Source: Nitrosopumilus sp. (GTDB lineage Archaea; Thermoproteota; Nitrososphaeria; Nitrososphaerales; Nitrosopumilaceae). Taken from it: DNA of 64,000 nt. The DNA lies in NCBI GenBank assembly GCA_965218695.1, contig OZ244651.1, positions 768,001 to 832,000 on the forward strand. Direction: 5' to 3'. A model generated the notes under the pieces. The model worked only from the letters and a program-made list of their open reading frames with translations. It made no database searches and was not told the origin of the DNA. The position numbers and the translations under genes were made by a program. Below, piece after piece: positions 41,916-52,875 of this stretch (positions within the stretch are counted from its first letter, which is position 1; every line of letters starts with the position of its first letter).

Positions 41916-43441
41916 GTAAGTGTTCACGTGGTTTAACTCATTTTTAGGCGTATTTTGCAATCTCCGCCAAGTAATCCAATTTCTTGTTTTTCCATGTCAT
42001 TACACATGAAAAGAAATTCGCCATCCACGTCATCGTCTCCTCTGCCCTTATGCTGCCCCGTATTTTTCTGTGCACGACTATCTCGCGCAACCCGCGTTCT
42101 GCAGCATTGTTTGTAGGCGGGATCTTTGGGTTCAGCACGAACCGGAACAGGTCGCTGCCAGCATTGCTGATCTTGACCATGAATTTTTCCAATATTGGAT
42201 CGTCGGCGTACCTTGCAACGATCTTTTCGATGCATGACGTCAGCATGGCAGACGCGTTGTCCCGGAGAGAGCGCGAGCGTTTCCTGCTTGCCCTTCTGGC
42301 ATAATCATAGATTATGCGCAGGTGCTTCAGGACGTTGCGCGCGCCTGGGCAGTCCGGATTGCGGTTGCAGATGTCCCTGGCCTCGCGTATTATGTGCGAC
42401 CAGCAGCGCTGGACGCGGTATTTTCCGTACGCCGTCCAGCCGTCGCACACTAACGTGCCGTCCCAACCCCCAAGCGCTTCTTTCAGAACCTTTGCCCCCC
42501 GGCTGTCCCGTATCACGTACAGCGCGTGCCCGGTCAGCGGATCGTGCAGTATCCACACCCAGACGTTGCGGCCGTTTAGGTGAATCGATGTCTCGTCGGC
42601 GTGCAGTATCTTGGCCTTGCGTATCATGGCGGCAATGGCTGCCGCAGGGGCGCCCAGCGACGTTCCCAGCCTGCGCATTATGTTGTGCGCCGTGCCCGAG
42701 GAGAGTGTAATTCCGTACCGCGACATGCGGTCTGCGATCATCCTAAACGGCATGCGACACACGTAATCGTCTGCAACATCAGTCGTTATGCTCGGATCGT
42801 AGCTGCCCTTGTCTGGAAGGCCGGTCTCGGGCTTGATGTCCACCAGACCGCAGGAGCAGCGACACGTGTTTATGGTGTGGCGCGTGGTGATGACCTTTAT
42901 CGTGCGCTCCACCCTGGTAATGTCGCGTTTTTCTGACTGCACTATGGAAAGGCTACCCGAGCCGCATTCGGGGCAGGCCTCCGGGGTGTGTTCCTCAAAC
43001 TCGGTGGGTTTTGGCTTGCGGGTGCGGCCCATGTGGCCTTTTTGCCCCCCGCGCGACTTCCCGCTGCCGGCCGCATCCACGCGGTCCTTTTGATCCCGGG
43101 AGGCTTTTGTGGATTTATTGTAGGCATTCTTTTCGTCGCCTTTTCCCTTTGTGTCAGGCCATCCGGGCCCCCTTTTTTGTGATGACGGGGTGTTGTAATT
43201 GTCATGCCGCACCAGCCTGCGCTTAAGATCAGCAACTGCCAGATTCAATTCCTCAATTATCTGCCCTTGCATCTCAATCGTCTGCTTGAGCTTGATGTTC
43301 TCAGTCTTGAGATCCGTGTACATCTTTTTGAGTTCAGCCTGGCTTTTCACATCGGGTTTGGATTACCATCCTATTTGGATCTGTGGTTTGCACAAAATTT
43401 ACCCAAGAGTGAACTGAATTAGGCACGACGTGAACACTTAC
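41916..43441 (-). mobile_element. IS66-family element, copy 2
   Basis: Same 1526-bp element as 2581-4106; TSD CTATTTTT. Confidence 0.95.
41944..43350 (-). CDS. IS66 TnpC transposase
   Basis: Protein differs from copy 1 at one residue (K/R). Confidence 0.93.
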   Translation of the reverse strand: MKSQAELKKMYTDLKTENIKLKQTIEMQGQIIEELNLAVADLKRRLVRHDNYNTPSSQKRGPGWPDTKGKGDEKNAYNKSTKASRDQKDRVDAAGSGKSRGGQKGHMGRTRKPKPTEFEEHTPEACPECGSGSLSIVQSEKRDITRVERTIKVITTRHTINTCRCSCGLVDIKPETGLPDKGSYDPSITTDVADDYVCRMPFRMIADRMSRYGITLSSGTAHNIMRRLGTSLGAPAAAIAAMIRKAKILHADETSIHLNGRNVWVWILHDPLTGHALYVIRDSRGAKVLKEALGGWDGTLVCDGWTAYGKYRVQRCWSHIIREARDICNRNPDCPGARNVLKHLRIIYDYARRASRKRSRSLRDNASAMLTSCIEKIVARYADDPILEKFMVKISNAGSDLFRFVLNPKIPPTNNAAERGLREIVVHRKIRGSIRAEETMTWMANFFSCVMTWKNKKLDYLAEIAKYA

Positions 43442-43507
43442 CTATTTTTAATCACTTGATCGAGTTTTTCTCTCCGTCCTAATTTTTAGATCATTGTTGC
43501 CCACGGT

Positions 43508-44940
43508 TTGCATATGTCTGATGATAATTCCGAGTCAAGGATTGCAGAACTGGAGGAAAAAGTGGGTGTGATGGCAGAGCAGATGGCCGAAAAAGACCGG
43601 CAGATGGCCGAAAAAGACCGGCAGATGGCCAAACTCGCTGATCTTTACGCTGCCGCCCTCAAACAGATCCAGGATCTCACGGCAGAGTTGCAGGAGGCAA
43701 AGGGCATCATATCGGCTGCCGTTGCAAGGAGCATCGGCGCAAAACCGGACAAAAAGACCGGCAGTACCCGGCGCCGCGCAAAGGGCAAGGGCAAGCCAAG
43801 TGACCACAAACGCACGGGCCTTGCGCGTCCTGAAAGAATAGACGCAGAGGAGACAGCAGATCCGCACACGTGCGGCAACTGCGGCAGCTCCGACCTCTCA
43901 GAATGCGTGTCCACGTACACAAAGGTGGTAAGGGAGGCTGCCAAGACGGAACTAAAGCACATCAAGGTGACAGTAAAGAGAAGGCGTTGCAGGAACTGCA
44001 AGAGGACCGTGTCCGGCAGGACCCCGCTGGCACTGCCAAACTCCAGGTACGGGATCAACTTTATGATAATGATGGTCATCCTCCGGCTGCACGGCATGTC
44101 AGACCTCAGAATATGCAATATTGTCATGATGATGTACTCGGCAAGAATCACGGAATCTGCGATAAACCGCATGGTGTGCAGGATGGCCCGGGAGCTCGGG
44201 CCGCTGTACGAGAAGATCAAGGAGGAGGTAAGAAACTCGCCTGCGATAAACGGGGACGAGACGATCTGGCGCGTCGACGGCACAAACTATTGGCTGTGGG
44301 TGGCTGCAGCCAGGTACGCCGTAATCTACGAGGTGCACCGCCACAGGAACTCGAAGGTTCCAAAAAAGATGCTCGGCAAGGACTACCCGGGATGCGTCAC
44401 GTCTGACTCGTGGGCCGCGTGGAACGTCATCGGATCCGAACACCAAAAGTGCCACCTTCATTACGCCCGGGACATCAAGGACACCCTGAAATACAAGAAT
44501 CCCGGCTACGACTACAAGCGGCACGCAAGGACGCTGCGCGCGATACTGTGGGACTCGCACGTCGACGGCGCCGTTCCGGGAGGTGCCGAAGCACTGGCAG
44601 CAAAGAAGAGGCTGGATCGTCGCATCGCGTCACTTATCGGCAGGCTCGAAAAGGACCGCGACTGCAAGCACTGCAACAGGATGCGCAAGAGGCTGGTGCG
44701 GGAGGGGGATCACCTGTTTGCGTTTCTGGAGACAGACGGCGTCGAATACCACAACAACCGGGCAGGCGGGCCATCAGGCCGTGCGTCATCCTGCGCAAGA
44801 ACAGCAACGGGAGCAGGTCAAAGAAGGGTGCAGATGCCATTGCCACGCTGATGAGCATCAAGCAGACATGCAAGGCAAGGGGAGATGATCTTGGCACGAT
44901 CCTGCGCGAGGGCCTGGCTCCACGTCAAAAAACTGCATAG
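43508..44940 (+). pseudogene. IS66 TnpC with a C-terminal frameshift
   Basis: CGNCG, GDET, TSD, QKCHLH; NNRA(E)RAIRP broken by an apparent 1-bp loss near 44765, with the C-terminus in another frame. Confidence 0.85.
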
Positions 44941-45061
44941 ACGCGCGTAGGCATGGAGTTCAACATTTGATCAAAAAACTATGCAGTTACGAATTTAGAA
45001 TGATCACATTACAGCACAAACAGCCACATCCATCCTACCCAGGCGTTCTAATACACAGATG

Positions 45062-45083
45062 TTTCTAAATTCGAATTTAGAAA
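45062..45083. repeat. 22-bp perfect palindrome TTTCTAAATTCGAATTTAGAAA (also at 53713-53734)
   Basis: Read directly; a degenerate third copy at 41810 is interrupted by IS66. Confidence 0.9.
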
Positions 45084-45148
45084 TATTTAAGATCCATGCC
45101 TCTAATCACACAGCCTAGAATCATATAGAACCGACAGCAACCCACCCC

Positions 45149-45583
45149 ATGAGTGCATCCAGGATGAGAGACAACGTGGAGAGATGGCTGGTTCACCATG
45201 ATCTCTCCTTCAAATCCATCAAGAATCCTGAAAACTCGTTTCACATACTGGTACAACATACAAACCATCCAATCGAGATATTTGAGCCAAAGGCCCAGTC
45301 CGGAACAATAGTAATCGGGGCCAAGGTGGTCATGCTCAACAAGCAGATTAAGAGGTACCAGGAGTTTACCCCGGACGAGAAGGAAATGTGGGAGGACAGG
45401 GTCAGGGAGTACTGCAGATCCATACACGCCATAAACCGCAACATGACAGAAGACGGCAAGCAGAAGATTGGAGTGTACATAGTGCTGGAAAAGGACATCA
45501 ACCAGCAGGCGGTTATGGATGCAATAGACCAGATAGCAGGCATGCATGAAAAGACATCCAGATTCCTGATGAAGACGTTCTAG
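45149..45583 (+). CDS. Hypothetical protein (DUF2299-like)
   Basis: Plausible 144-aa ORF beginning MRDNVERWL; family call from recollection, tentative. Confidence 0.7.
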   Translation: MSASRMRDNVERWLVHHDLSFKSIKNPENSFHILVQHTNHPIEIFEPKAQSGTIVIGAKVVMLNKQIKRYQEFTPDEKEMWEDRVREYCRSIHAINRNMTEDGKQKIGVYIVLEKDINQQAVMDAIDQIAGMHEKTSRFLMKTF

Positions 45584-47749
45584 TTTGTGCCTGACCTGCG
45601 CCGTTTCTTGCCCACATTGGACCCAAAACCCCCTACCCTTTGGAGTAAAACATGCCCCGACACACAGGCACAAAGCAGTCACACAGGACCTCAATATGCC
45701 AATCCGTGCCTAGATGCTAAACCCCCCTGTACAACCACCCCATCTAGGCACAATCCCATATTTCCAAAAACGGCCGATTTGAGGGGGGGTTTAACATTTG
45801 TGCCTAGGGGAGACATGCAACCCCCAAACCATCGTGATAGCTCACCAGAACATGCCCAATCTTTTATTTCCGTGCCTGAGTGTTAAACCCCCCAGAATGC
45901 AGCGGAGGTATGTCGGATACGGGACAAAACGAGTGTCATGCAGGCATCAAAATATCAGGACTTGTGCCGAAAGTGTACTCCAGGTCCCACAGGATTCCGG
46001 ATCACGCATCCTGCATTCTTTGAGAGACGAATTCAGGAGTCAACAAAGGGGTCTGCAATGTACAGGTTTTGTTCCTTGTCCACCAATTTTTTTGCCCTTG
46101 TAGTCCCCTGACCAAGAACCGACTCTCCCCCCCCCACCGTTGCGGTGCAAAAAAAGCAGATGCCTTAACGACTTGACGCTCACCACGCAGACTGTTTTAT
46201 TCCCAGTCGACTTGAAGTCCAGTCTCACGCTTTTCAGCAGGTATGCTTTCAACTGGATAAGATCCACAAGTCTGCTACCCTTGCTGCACCAGTCTGGGTA
46301 ATAATTACAATCATGGACGCCTCTGCGAGCGACCATTTGAGAGGAGAACAATAGTTCCGTTGCGTGGATCTATTATGTCACTGAATTCACTTCCGTTGCT
46401 TATGGTTCTCATAGCCGCAAACGCTTTGATGTTTGTGTTTGTATACATCTCTGCGATCCTAGAGGCGGCTCCTAGAAATGTCGCCCTCCGGGTCACCAAG
46501 TCATCTACCAGCAGGATGTTCGTAGGTTCTGTGATCATGCGTTCAACCACCATAGTCTCACGGTGTTTGGCCGGGGTCGCCCTCTCATGAGATTTGCTGA
46601 AGGCGGACTTGGGTACAGATACATTACGAGTGAGGCACGTGGAGACGCTGGATCCTAACCCTTGCTTTACCAAGGCATTTGCGAGCAGTTTTGGAACCCA
46701 GAGAGTGTCGGGACGGGTCAGTACGCTTCCAGGTACTGGAACTATAGTGGCGATCAAAAGTTCCTGCAAAATAATTCGGCTTTTCTGTTAAGGAATTTGA
46801 ACAAATCCAGATTGAATCTTGCAGTTCGATAATACTGGGAGACGGCACTGTGCATGTCCAAGAAGGTTTTGTAGTATTCTGAGACAAGCAGGTTCCGTTT
46901 TCCTTGGTGCCAGCATTCTTCCACGGCGTTGAGATACGGCGAGCCTTTTGGCAGGTATATGATCTTGATGTTCTTGTTCTCGCGCAGCAGCGTCCGGACG
47001 GCTTTTGAGCGGTGCGGGGACGCCCTGTCCACCATGACGGCCACCTTCCCAAAATGCCTCTGCAGGGCCTTGAGGTACGCAACAAATGTGGGCGCGTTAA
47101 ACCCGCTGGCAGTCCTGAAGAACTGCCTGCCATCGGTCGTGACTGAACCGTACACGGCGATTCTTTTGTGGCTTCCCGTATATGGCACGGTTATTGGCAC
47201 CCCCACAGGCGACCAATACTTGCGACCCGATTTTACGTCGTGTATGAAGAACGCCTCGTCTTCCACGACTGGGACAAAATCGTCCTTTTCTAGGCGTGAA
47301 ATTCTCTTTTTGAGGCGATATTGCCAGCTTTTTACGGCCGTTTTGGTGGCCCTGTTGATGTGGATCCTTTGCGACCCCTTGGGAGACAGGCCGTATTTTT
47401 GCATGATTTTCCTGATATTCGTTCTGTGCATCTTTGTTCCCGTTTCCCTGTGTATGACCTGCTGCAGTTCGGCAGGAGTGGTCTTGAACCGGTCCACTAC
47501 CTTGTCCAGTATGCCGTCCATCGCTTCCGGCGAAATCTTGGGCGGCCTGCCGGATCTGGGAAGATCCCGGAGGCCTTCGAGGCCTCCTTCCTCGTATCTG
47601 CGCATCCAGCGGTATACCCACCGGTCAGCCTGCAAGAGAATGTCTGCGGCATCGCTTATGCTCATCTTGCGCACGTGTACCATGTGCACTGCAAGCATTC
47701 TGACACGCACCCTGCCGTCTTTTTCCTTTTTGTACGCCTTTTCGAGTTC

Positions 47750-49275
47750 GTAAGTGTTCACGTCGTGCCTAATTCAGTTCACTCTTGGGTAAATTTTGTG
47801 CAAACCACAGATCCAAATAGGATGGTAATCCAAACCCGATGTGAAAAGCCAGGCTGAACTCAAAAAGATGTACACGGATCTCAAGACTGAGAACATCAAG
47901 CTCAAGCAGACGATTGAGATGCAAGGGCAGATAATTGAGGAATTGAATCTGGCAGTTGCTGATCTTAAGCGCAGGCTGGTGCGGCATGACAATTACAACA
48001 CCCCGTCATCACAAAAAAGGGGGCCCGGATGGCCTGACACAAAGGGAAAAGGCGACGAAAAGAATGCCTACAATAAATCCACAAAAGCCTCCCGGGATCA
48101 AAAGGACCGCGTGGATGCGGCCGGCAGCGGGAAGTCGCGCGGGGGGCAAAAAGGCCACATGGGCCGCACCCGCAAGCCAAAACCCACCGAGTTTGAGGAA
48201 CACACCCCGGAGGCCTGCCCCGAATGCGGCTCGGGTAGCCTTTCCATAGTGCAGTCAGAAAAACGCGACATTACCAGGGTGGAGCGCACGATAAAGGTCA
48301 TCACCACGCGCCACACCATAAACACGTGTCGCTGCTCCTGCGGTCTGGTGGACATCAAGCCCGAGACCGGCCTTCCAGACAAGGGCAGCTACGATCCGAG
48401 CATAACGACTGATGTTGCAGACGATTACGTGTGTCGCATGCCGTTTAGGATGATCGCAGACCGCATGTCGCGGTACGGAATTACACTCTCCTCGGGCACG
48501 GCGCACAACATAATGCGCAGGCTGGGAACGTCGCTGGGCGCCCCTGCGGCAGCCATTGCCGCCATGATACGCAAGGCCAAGATACTGCACGCCGACGAGA
48601 CATCGATTCACCTAAACGGCCGCAACGTCTGGGTGTGGATACTGCACGATCCGCTGACCGGGCACGCGCTGTACGTGATACGGGACAGCCGGGGGGCAAA
48701 GGTTCTGAAAGAAGCGCTTGGGGGTTGGGACGGCACGTTAGTGTGCGACGGCTGGACGGCGTACGGAAAATACCGCGTCCAGCGCTGCTGGTCGCACATA
48801 ATACGCGAGGCCAGGGACATCTGCAACCGCAATCCGGACTGCCCAGGCGCGCGCAACGTCCTGAAGCACCTGCGCATAATCTATGATTATGCCAGAAGGG
48901 CAAGCAGGAAACGCTCGCGCTCTCTCCGGGACAACGCGTCTGCCATGCTGACGTCATGCATCGAAAAGATCGTTGCAAGGTACGCCGACGATCCAATATT
49001 GGAAAAATTCATGGTCAAGATCAGCAATGCTGGCAGCGACCTGTTCCGGTTCGTGCTGAACCCAAAGATCCCGCCTACAAACAATGCTGCAGAACGCGGG
49101 TTGCGCGAGATAGTCGTGCACAGAAAAATACGGGGCAGCATAAGGGCAGAGGAGACGATGACGTGGATGGCGAATTTCTTTTCATGTGTAATGACATGGA
49201 AAAACAAGAAATTGGATTACTTGGCGGAGATTGCAAAATACGCCTAAAAATGAGTTAAACCACGTGAACACTTAC
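47750..49275 (+). mobile_element. IS66-family element, copy 3
   Basis: Same 1526-bp element; TSD TCGAGTTC. Confidence 0.95.
47841..49247 (+). CDS. IS66 TnpC transposase
   Basis: Protein identical to copy 2. Confidence 0.93.
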   Translation: MKSQAELKKMYTDLKTENIKLKQTIEMQGQIIEELNLAVADLKRRLVRHDNYNTPSSQKRGPGWPDTKGKGDEKNAYNKSTKASRDQKDRVDAAGSGKSRGGQKGHMGRTRKPKPTEFEEHTPEACPECGSGSLSIVQSEKRDITRVERTIKVITTRHTINTCRCSCGLVDIKPETGLPDKGSYDPSITTDVADDYVCRMPFRMIADRMSRYGITLSSGTAHNIMRRLGTSLGAPAAAIAAMIRKAKILHADETSIHLNGRNVWVWILHDPLTGHALYVIRDSRGAKVLKEALGGWDGTLVCDGWTAYGKYRVQRCWSHIIREARDICNRNPDCPGARNVLKHLRIIYDYARRASRKRSRSLRDNASAMLTSCIEKIVARYADDPILEKFMVKISNAGSDLFRFVLNPKIPPTNNAAERGLREIVVHRKIRGSIRAEETMTWMANFFSCVMTWKNKKLDYLAEIAKYA

Positions 49276-49492
49276 TCGAGTTCTTCCTGTTTTGTTTCGT
49301 CCATGCTGCGTTCAAGGACCACGGATCTACATAGTTTTCGGGCAGAATTTGTCAAAACTTTTGCGCGTCACTATAGTATCGTGTCCTTGGAAAAGAAGTC
49401 AGGGAACAGGTTGTATTCGGCACACCATCTTGCCACACCATCATAGATTGAGATGAGACCGTTGGGTTGATTACAATCACGTTTTAGAGCTA

Positions 49493-50580
49493 TAGTGTCG
49501 ATCAAAAGTTTTTTACATTTAGGGACTTTCTACAGATGAACTCCATTACGTCAATCCTTGGACGCGCGGTCCTGAAATACTCCGACATCGCGTTGCGCAT
49601 CTGCACTATCGTGGCATAGTACTCGGACACCAGCACGTTACGTTTTGCCTGGTGCCAGTACTCCTCCACGCCGCTAAGCTCGGGCGTTGCAGCTGGAAGC
49701 CACATGACCTTGATGTCGGGATTTTCCTTTAGAAATTTCATCACGATCCTTGACTTGTGTTGTGGCGCATTATCCATGATTACGACCACCTTTCCAAAAT
49801 GCCTGACCAGATCCTTGAGATACTGCAGGACCGTCTCCTTGTCAAATTTTTCATGCGTCCTGAAGAACTGCCTGCCGTCTGTTACAATGGAACCGTATGC
49901 CACCACCTTTCCGTGCCGTCCCTTGTATGTCGTGACAATCGGCTCGCCTTCTGGCGACCAATACTTTACGCCCGATGCCGGATCGTCTACAAATATGGCC
50001 TCGTCAAAGACGACTGGGAGAAAACCCTTCTCTTGCAGGCGTGAAATCCGCCTTTTGGCGTTGCGCTGCCACTGCCTGATCTTTTTGATCCCTGGCCTGT
50101 TGACGTGGATGCGCCGGGCCGTCTTGGCAGACAGGCCAAGCCTGTGCATTATCTTTGTGACGTTTGAAATGTGGTATGTCACCTTGAATTCTTTGCGTAT
50201 GTTTTCTTTGAGCTGCTTTGGAGTTGTGATGCTGCCAGTCCTTGCTGCAAGCCCCGCAATCTTCTCAAGCCCGACCTTGGGCGGCCTGCCCGGGCGGGGC
50301 CTGTCTTCCAGGCCTGCAAGACCCTCGCTATCAAAATGCCGGACCCAGCTTGTGACAGTGCGCGGGTCGCAAAAGCACAGTGATGCCACCTCGGATACGC
50401 CCAGCCCCCTGATCTTGACCATGCAGACGGCGTGGATCCTGTCCTTTATGGTTCCCCTCTTCTCTTTCTTGTAGGCCTGGATTAACAGCTTTTTGCTTTT
50501 TTCATCCATGTGGGCGGTAGTGCGGAGTGATCAAAAAATGTTACGCTCAGACTGACGTAGAAGACTTTTGATTGACACTA
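49493..50580 (-). mobile_element. IS630-family element
   Basis: TIR TAGTGTC.ATCAAAAGT, TA duplication (49491-92, 50581-82). Confidence 0.92.
49502..50509 (-). CDS. IS630-family transposase
   Basis: RPGRPPK, FDEA, MDNA, ELSGVEEYW. Confidence 0.9.
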   Translation of the reverse strand: MDEKSKKLLIQAYKKEKRGTIKDRIHAVCMVKIRGLGVSEVASLCFCDPRTVTSWVRHFDSEGLAGLEDRPRPGRPPKVGLEKIAGLAARTGSITTPKQLKENIRKEFKVTYHISNVTKIMHRLGLSAKTARRIHVNRPGIKKIRQWQRNAKRRISRLQEKGFLPVVFDEAIFVDDPASGVKYWSPEGEPIVTTYKGRHGKVVAYGSIVTDGRQFFRTHEKFDKETVLQYLKDLVRHFGKVVVIMDNAPQHKSRIVMKFLKENPDIKVMWLPAATPELSGVEEYWHQAKRNVLVSEYYATIVQMRNAMSEYFRTARPRIDVMEFICRKSLNVKNF

Positions 50581-50706
50581 TATCATGTATTCCCGGCCCA
50601 TTTTGAGCACATTTAGTAGTTCTTCGGATAATTCACGATCACGCCACCATCCTTCAGGGACGTATGATAGCAGCGAGGCAAATTCAATGACTTTGGGTGG
50701 GTTGTA

Positions 50707-51956
50707 TACCAAGAGTAAAAAATTCATGTGATTATTAAATAATTTCAACTCATATGGTAATGTGATCATCCCACGTGATCCAGTCAATGAAGACCAAGAC
50801 GATGTTGAAAAGATACGCCACTGAGACCGATTGCAAGATCAAGGATCGCATGATGCTCATCATCAGGGTCCAGCGTGACAGAATAACCATAAGGGATTCT
50901 GCAAAATCCCTTGGCAAGTCGCCCTCGTGGGGCTACAAGTGGCATGAGCGCTACCTGGAAGTGGGATTTGACCGACTGGAGGACATGCCACGCTCCGGCA
51001 GGCCGACCAAGGCGGGCAAGGCAGACATGAAGAAGATCAGAAAGAATGCATGCAAGAAGACTGTATGGACGGGCAGGGAGATGCAGGAATACATCCTGCA
51101 GAGAACCGGCGTAAAGTACGATCTCGGATACGTGCGCAAGTTGCTGCGTGGATGGGGCTATTCCCAGAAGGTTCCCGTGGGAAGGCACGCAAGCAGGGCC
51201 TCTGACGAGGAGATCAGGGAATTCCAAAAGTCAATGCCGGAGATTATAAAAAAAGAACAGTGAAGGGGCAGTCGTGGCGATACAGGACGAGTCCATAGTG
51301 ATCTCCGATGCGCGGCCGCGGAGGCGTGGCTACACCAGGAAGGGAATGCGGGCGCTTTACACGTACACGGGCTCGCACTCCAAGACTGTACTCCACGGCC
51401 TGATCACCACAGACGGCAGGGGGATGTTCCGACAGTACGACAGGTTCAACCGGCACACCTTTGCGGATTTTTTGAGGCAGGCAGTATACAAATTCAAGAA
51501 GATCTGCCTGATCATGGACAAGGCCTCCCAGCACAGGGCGACAAAGATACGCGAGCTGGTTGAGAAGACAGACGGCCTGGAGATAGTCTTCCTGCCCACG
51601 GCATCCCCGGACCTGAGCGCCATAGAGACGTACTGGAGGGATCTTAAGCGGGCAGTCCTTGACGTGCCGTACACCAGCCTGCGCATGCTCCGGGAGGCCA
51701 TCACCAGGTACACGCGGTATACGAAGCCGAACCTGGCAGTTGAAAACTTCCTGTACAGGGCCATCTAAGACAGCATCAAATTACGCCGGAGGCACGTCTA
51801 GCGTGTGCCATGCACGGTGCTTCAATTGTCCAGGATACCGGACGTTTGGGGTGTCTTTTCCCATCATTTGAGTATCACATACGCCATGATTTTCAGATGC
51901 AGCTGCCGCATCAATCATTTATGGGCAATTTTGATATGAATTTTTAATTCTTGGTA
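50707..51956 (+). mobile_element. IS630-family element with split transposase (50775-51263, 51274-51768)
   Basis: TIR TACCAAGA.T.AAAAATTCAT, TA duplication; RSGRP in ORF1; QDES, MDKAS, LSAIETYW in ORF2. Confidence 0.88.
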
Positions 51957-52622
51957 TACGAACACATTTACCATCGGGATGTCTCTGGGTATTTCATCTA
52001 GTATATCACTATAGTCGTTCAAGATGACTGCGCCATAATGTTCCATCTTGTCCAACCATCTTGGACGGGATCTTGCAACAGTACGGCATACGAACAACGG
52101 TCTTCCCAACCTAAGAGTCTCCCATCCTTGATGGATGGTACCGCTACTCTCACCTGCCTCTACTATTACAGTAGCGTTGGATATCAGTGCCATCGTTTTG
52201 TTCCGTGCGACGAAATTGCCTTTGAATACTAACTTGCCAATAGGAAACTGGGATACGACCAGATGGTTCATTGCGATATCATTTTGAAGATCACGGTTTT
52301 CTTTGGGATACTGCCTATCCAAGGGTGTCCCTAGGACAGCTATTGTCCTACCTTTCTGGATGGCAGTCCGGTGAGCTATGGTATCTATTCCCTTGGCCAA
52401 ACCACTCACCACTGTAACGCCCTCATCTACAAGCATCTCCGTTACAGCTCGAGCCTCTTTTATCCCCTCTTCGGTGGGTTTTCTGGTGCCCACAATTGAC
52501 ACTCTGGGCGGACGGAGTGGGATGTTCATTGGTCCTTCTGCGTATAGTTGTTTGGGGGCATTCTTCTTCTCAACGTCGTTGAGTTGCCTTCCCAACAGAT
52601 CATCAAGCAGTAGCGCTTTCAT
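51915..52622 (-). CDS. dprA: DprA/Smf-like DNA-binding protein (last codons replaced by IS630 sequence)
   Basis: VSIVGTR, VVSGLAKGIDTIAH, FVARN, IVEAGESSGT; original stop at 50684-50686 after IS removal. Confidence 0.9.
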   Translation of the reverse strand: MKALLLDDLLGRQLNDVEKKNAPKQLYAEGPMNIPLRPPRVSIVGTRKPTEEGIKEARAVTEMLVDEGVTVVSGLAKGIDTIAHRTAIQKGRTIAVLGTPLDRQYPKENRDLQNDIAMNHLVVSQFPIGKLVFKGNFVARNKTMALISNATVIVEAGESSGTIHQGWETLRLGRPLFVCRTVARSRPRWLDKMEHYGAVILNDYSDILDEIPRDIPMVNVFVYQELKIHIKIAHK

Positions 52623-52875
52623 GCATCAAGTTGATGATAGTATTTTTAAAACTTATTGCATCGTAGGATAATCCAGAAGCAATTCATTCGGGCAAATTTT
52701 TGACGTAGGCAGATCGATAGCGCGTGACTAGTGGTTTTGCTAGGCACCATGCAATCTAAACCGTTACTCGAGCCTGTAGAGCCGTTGTGGCAGAATTAGG
52801 CTGGCATAAAAAATACATTTTCATTTACGGAATTCATACTTGTAGTTATATATGCCAGAATTGATACGCCAAGAC

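Larger units (their letters stand above)
41829..44990 (+). mobile_element. IS66-family element containing a nested IS66
   Basis: 38-bp imperfect TIR GTA(T/A)CTG..TAGTTTTTTGATCAAATGTTGAACTCCAT; 8-bp TSD GAATTTAG. Confidence 0.9.
46745..49373 (-). mobile_element. IS630-family element, transposase interrupted by IS66 copy 3
   Basis: TIR TAGTG.CG..CAAAAGTT, TA duplication; gene 49304-49276 plus 47749-46754 (EDEA, VDRAS, LNAVEECW). Confidence 0.9.
46311..51967 (-). pseudogene. Phosphoribosyltransferase-like (ComF/ShosT-type) gene in four pieces
   Basis: Segments 51967-51957, 50704-50581, 49490-49374 and 46742-46311 sum to 684 nt, an open 227-aa frame: MCSYNPPKVIEFASLLSY...KDTILVPVPGS...LLVDDLVTRRATF. 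Confidence 0.85.

Noticed and set aside
41916-49275. Inverted IS66 copies 2 and 3 as a composite transposon or inversion
   Set aside because: Each copy keeps its own matching TSD pair, indicating independent insertions
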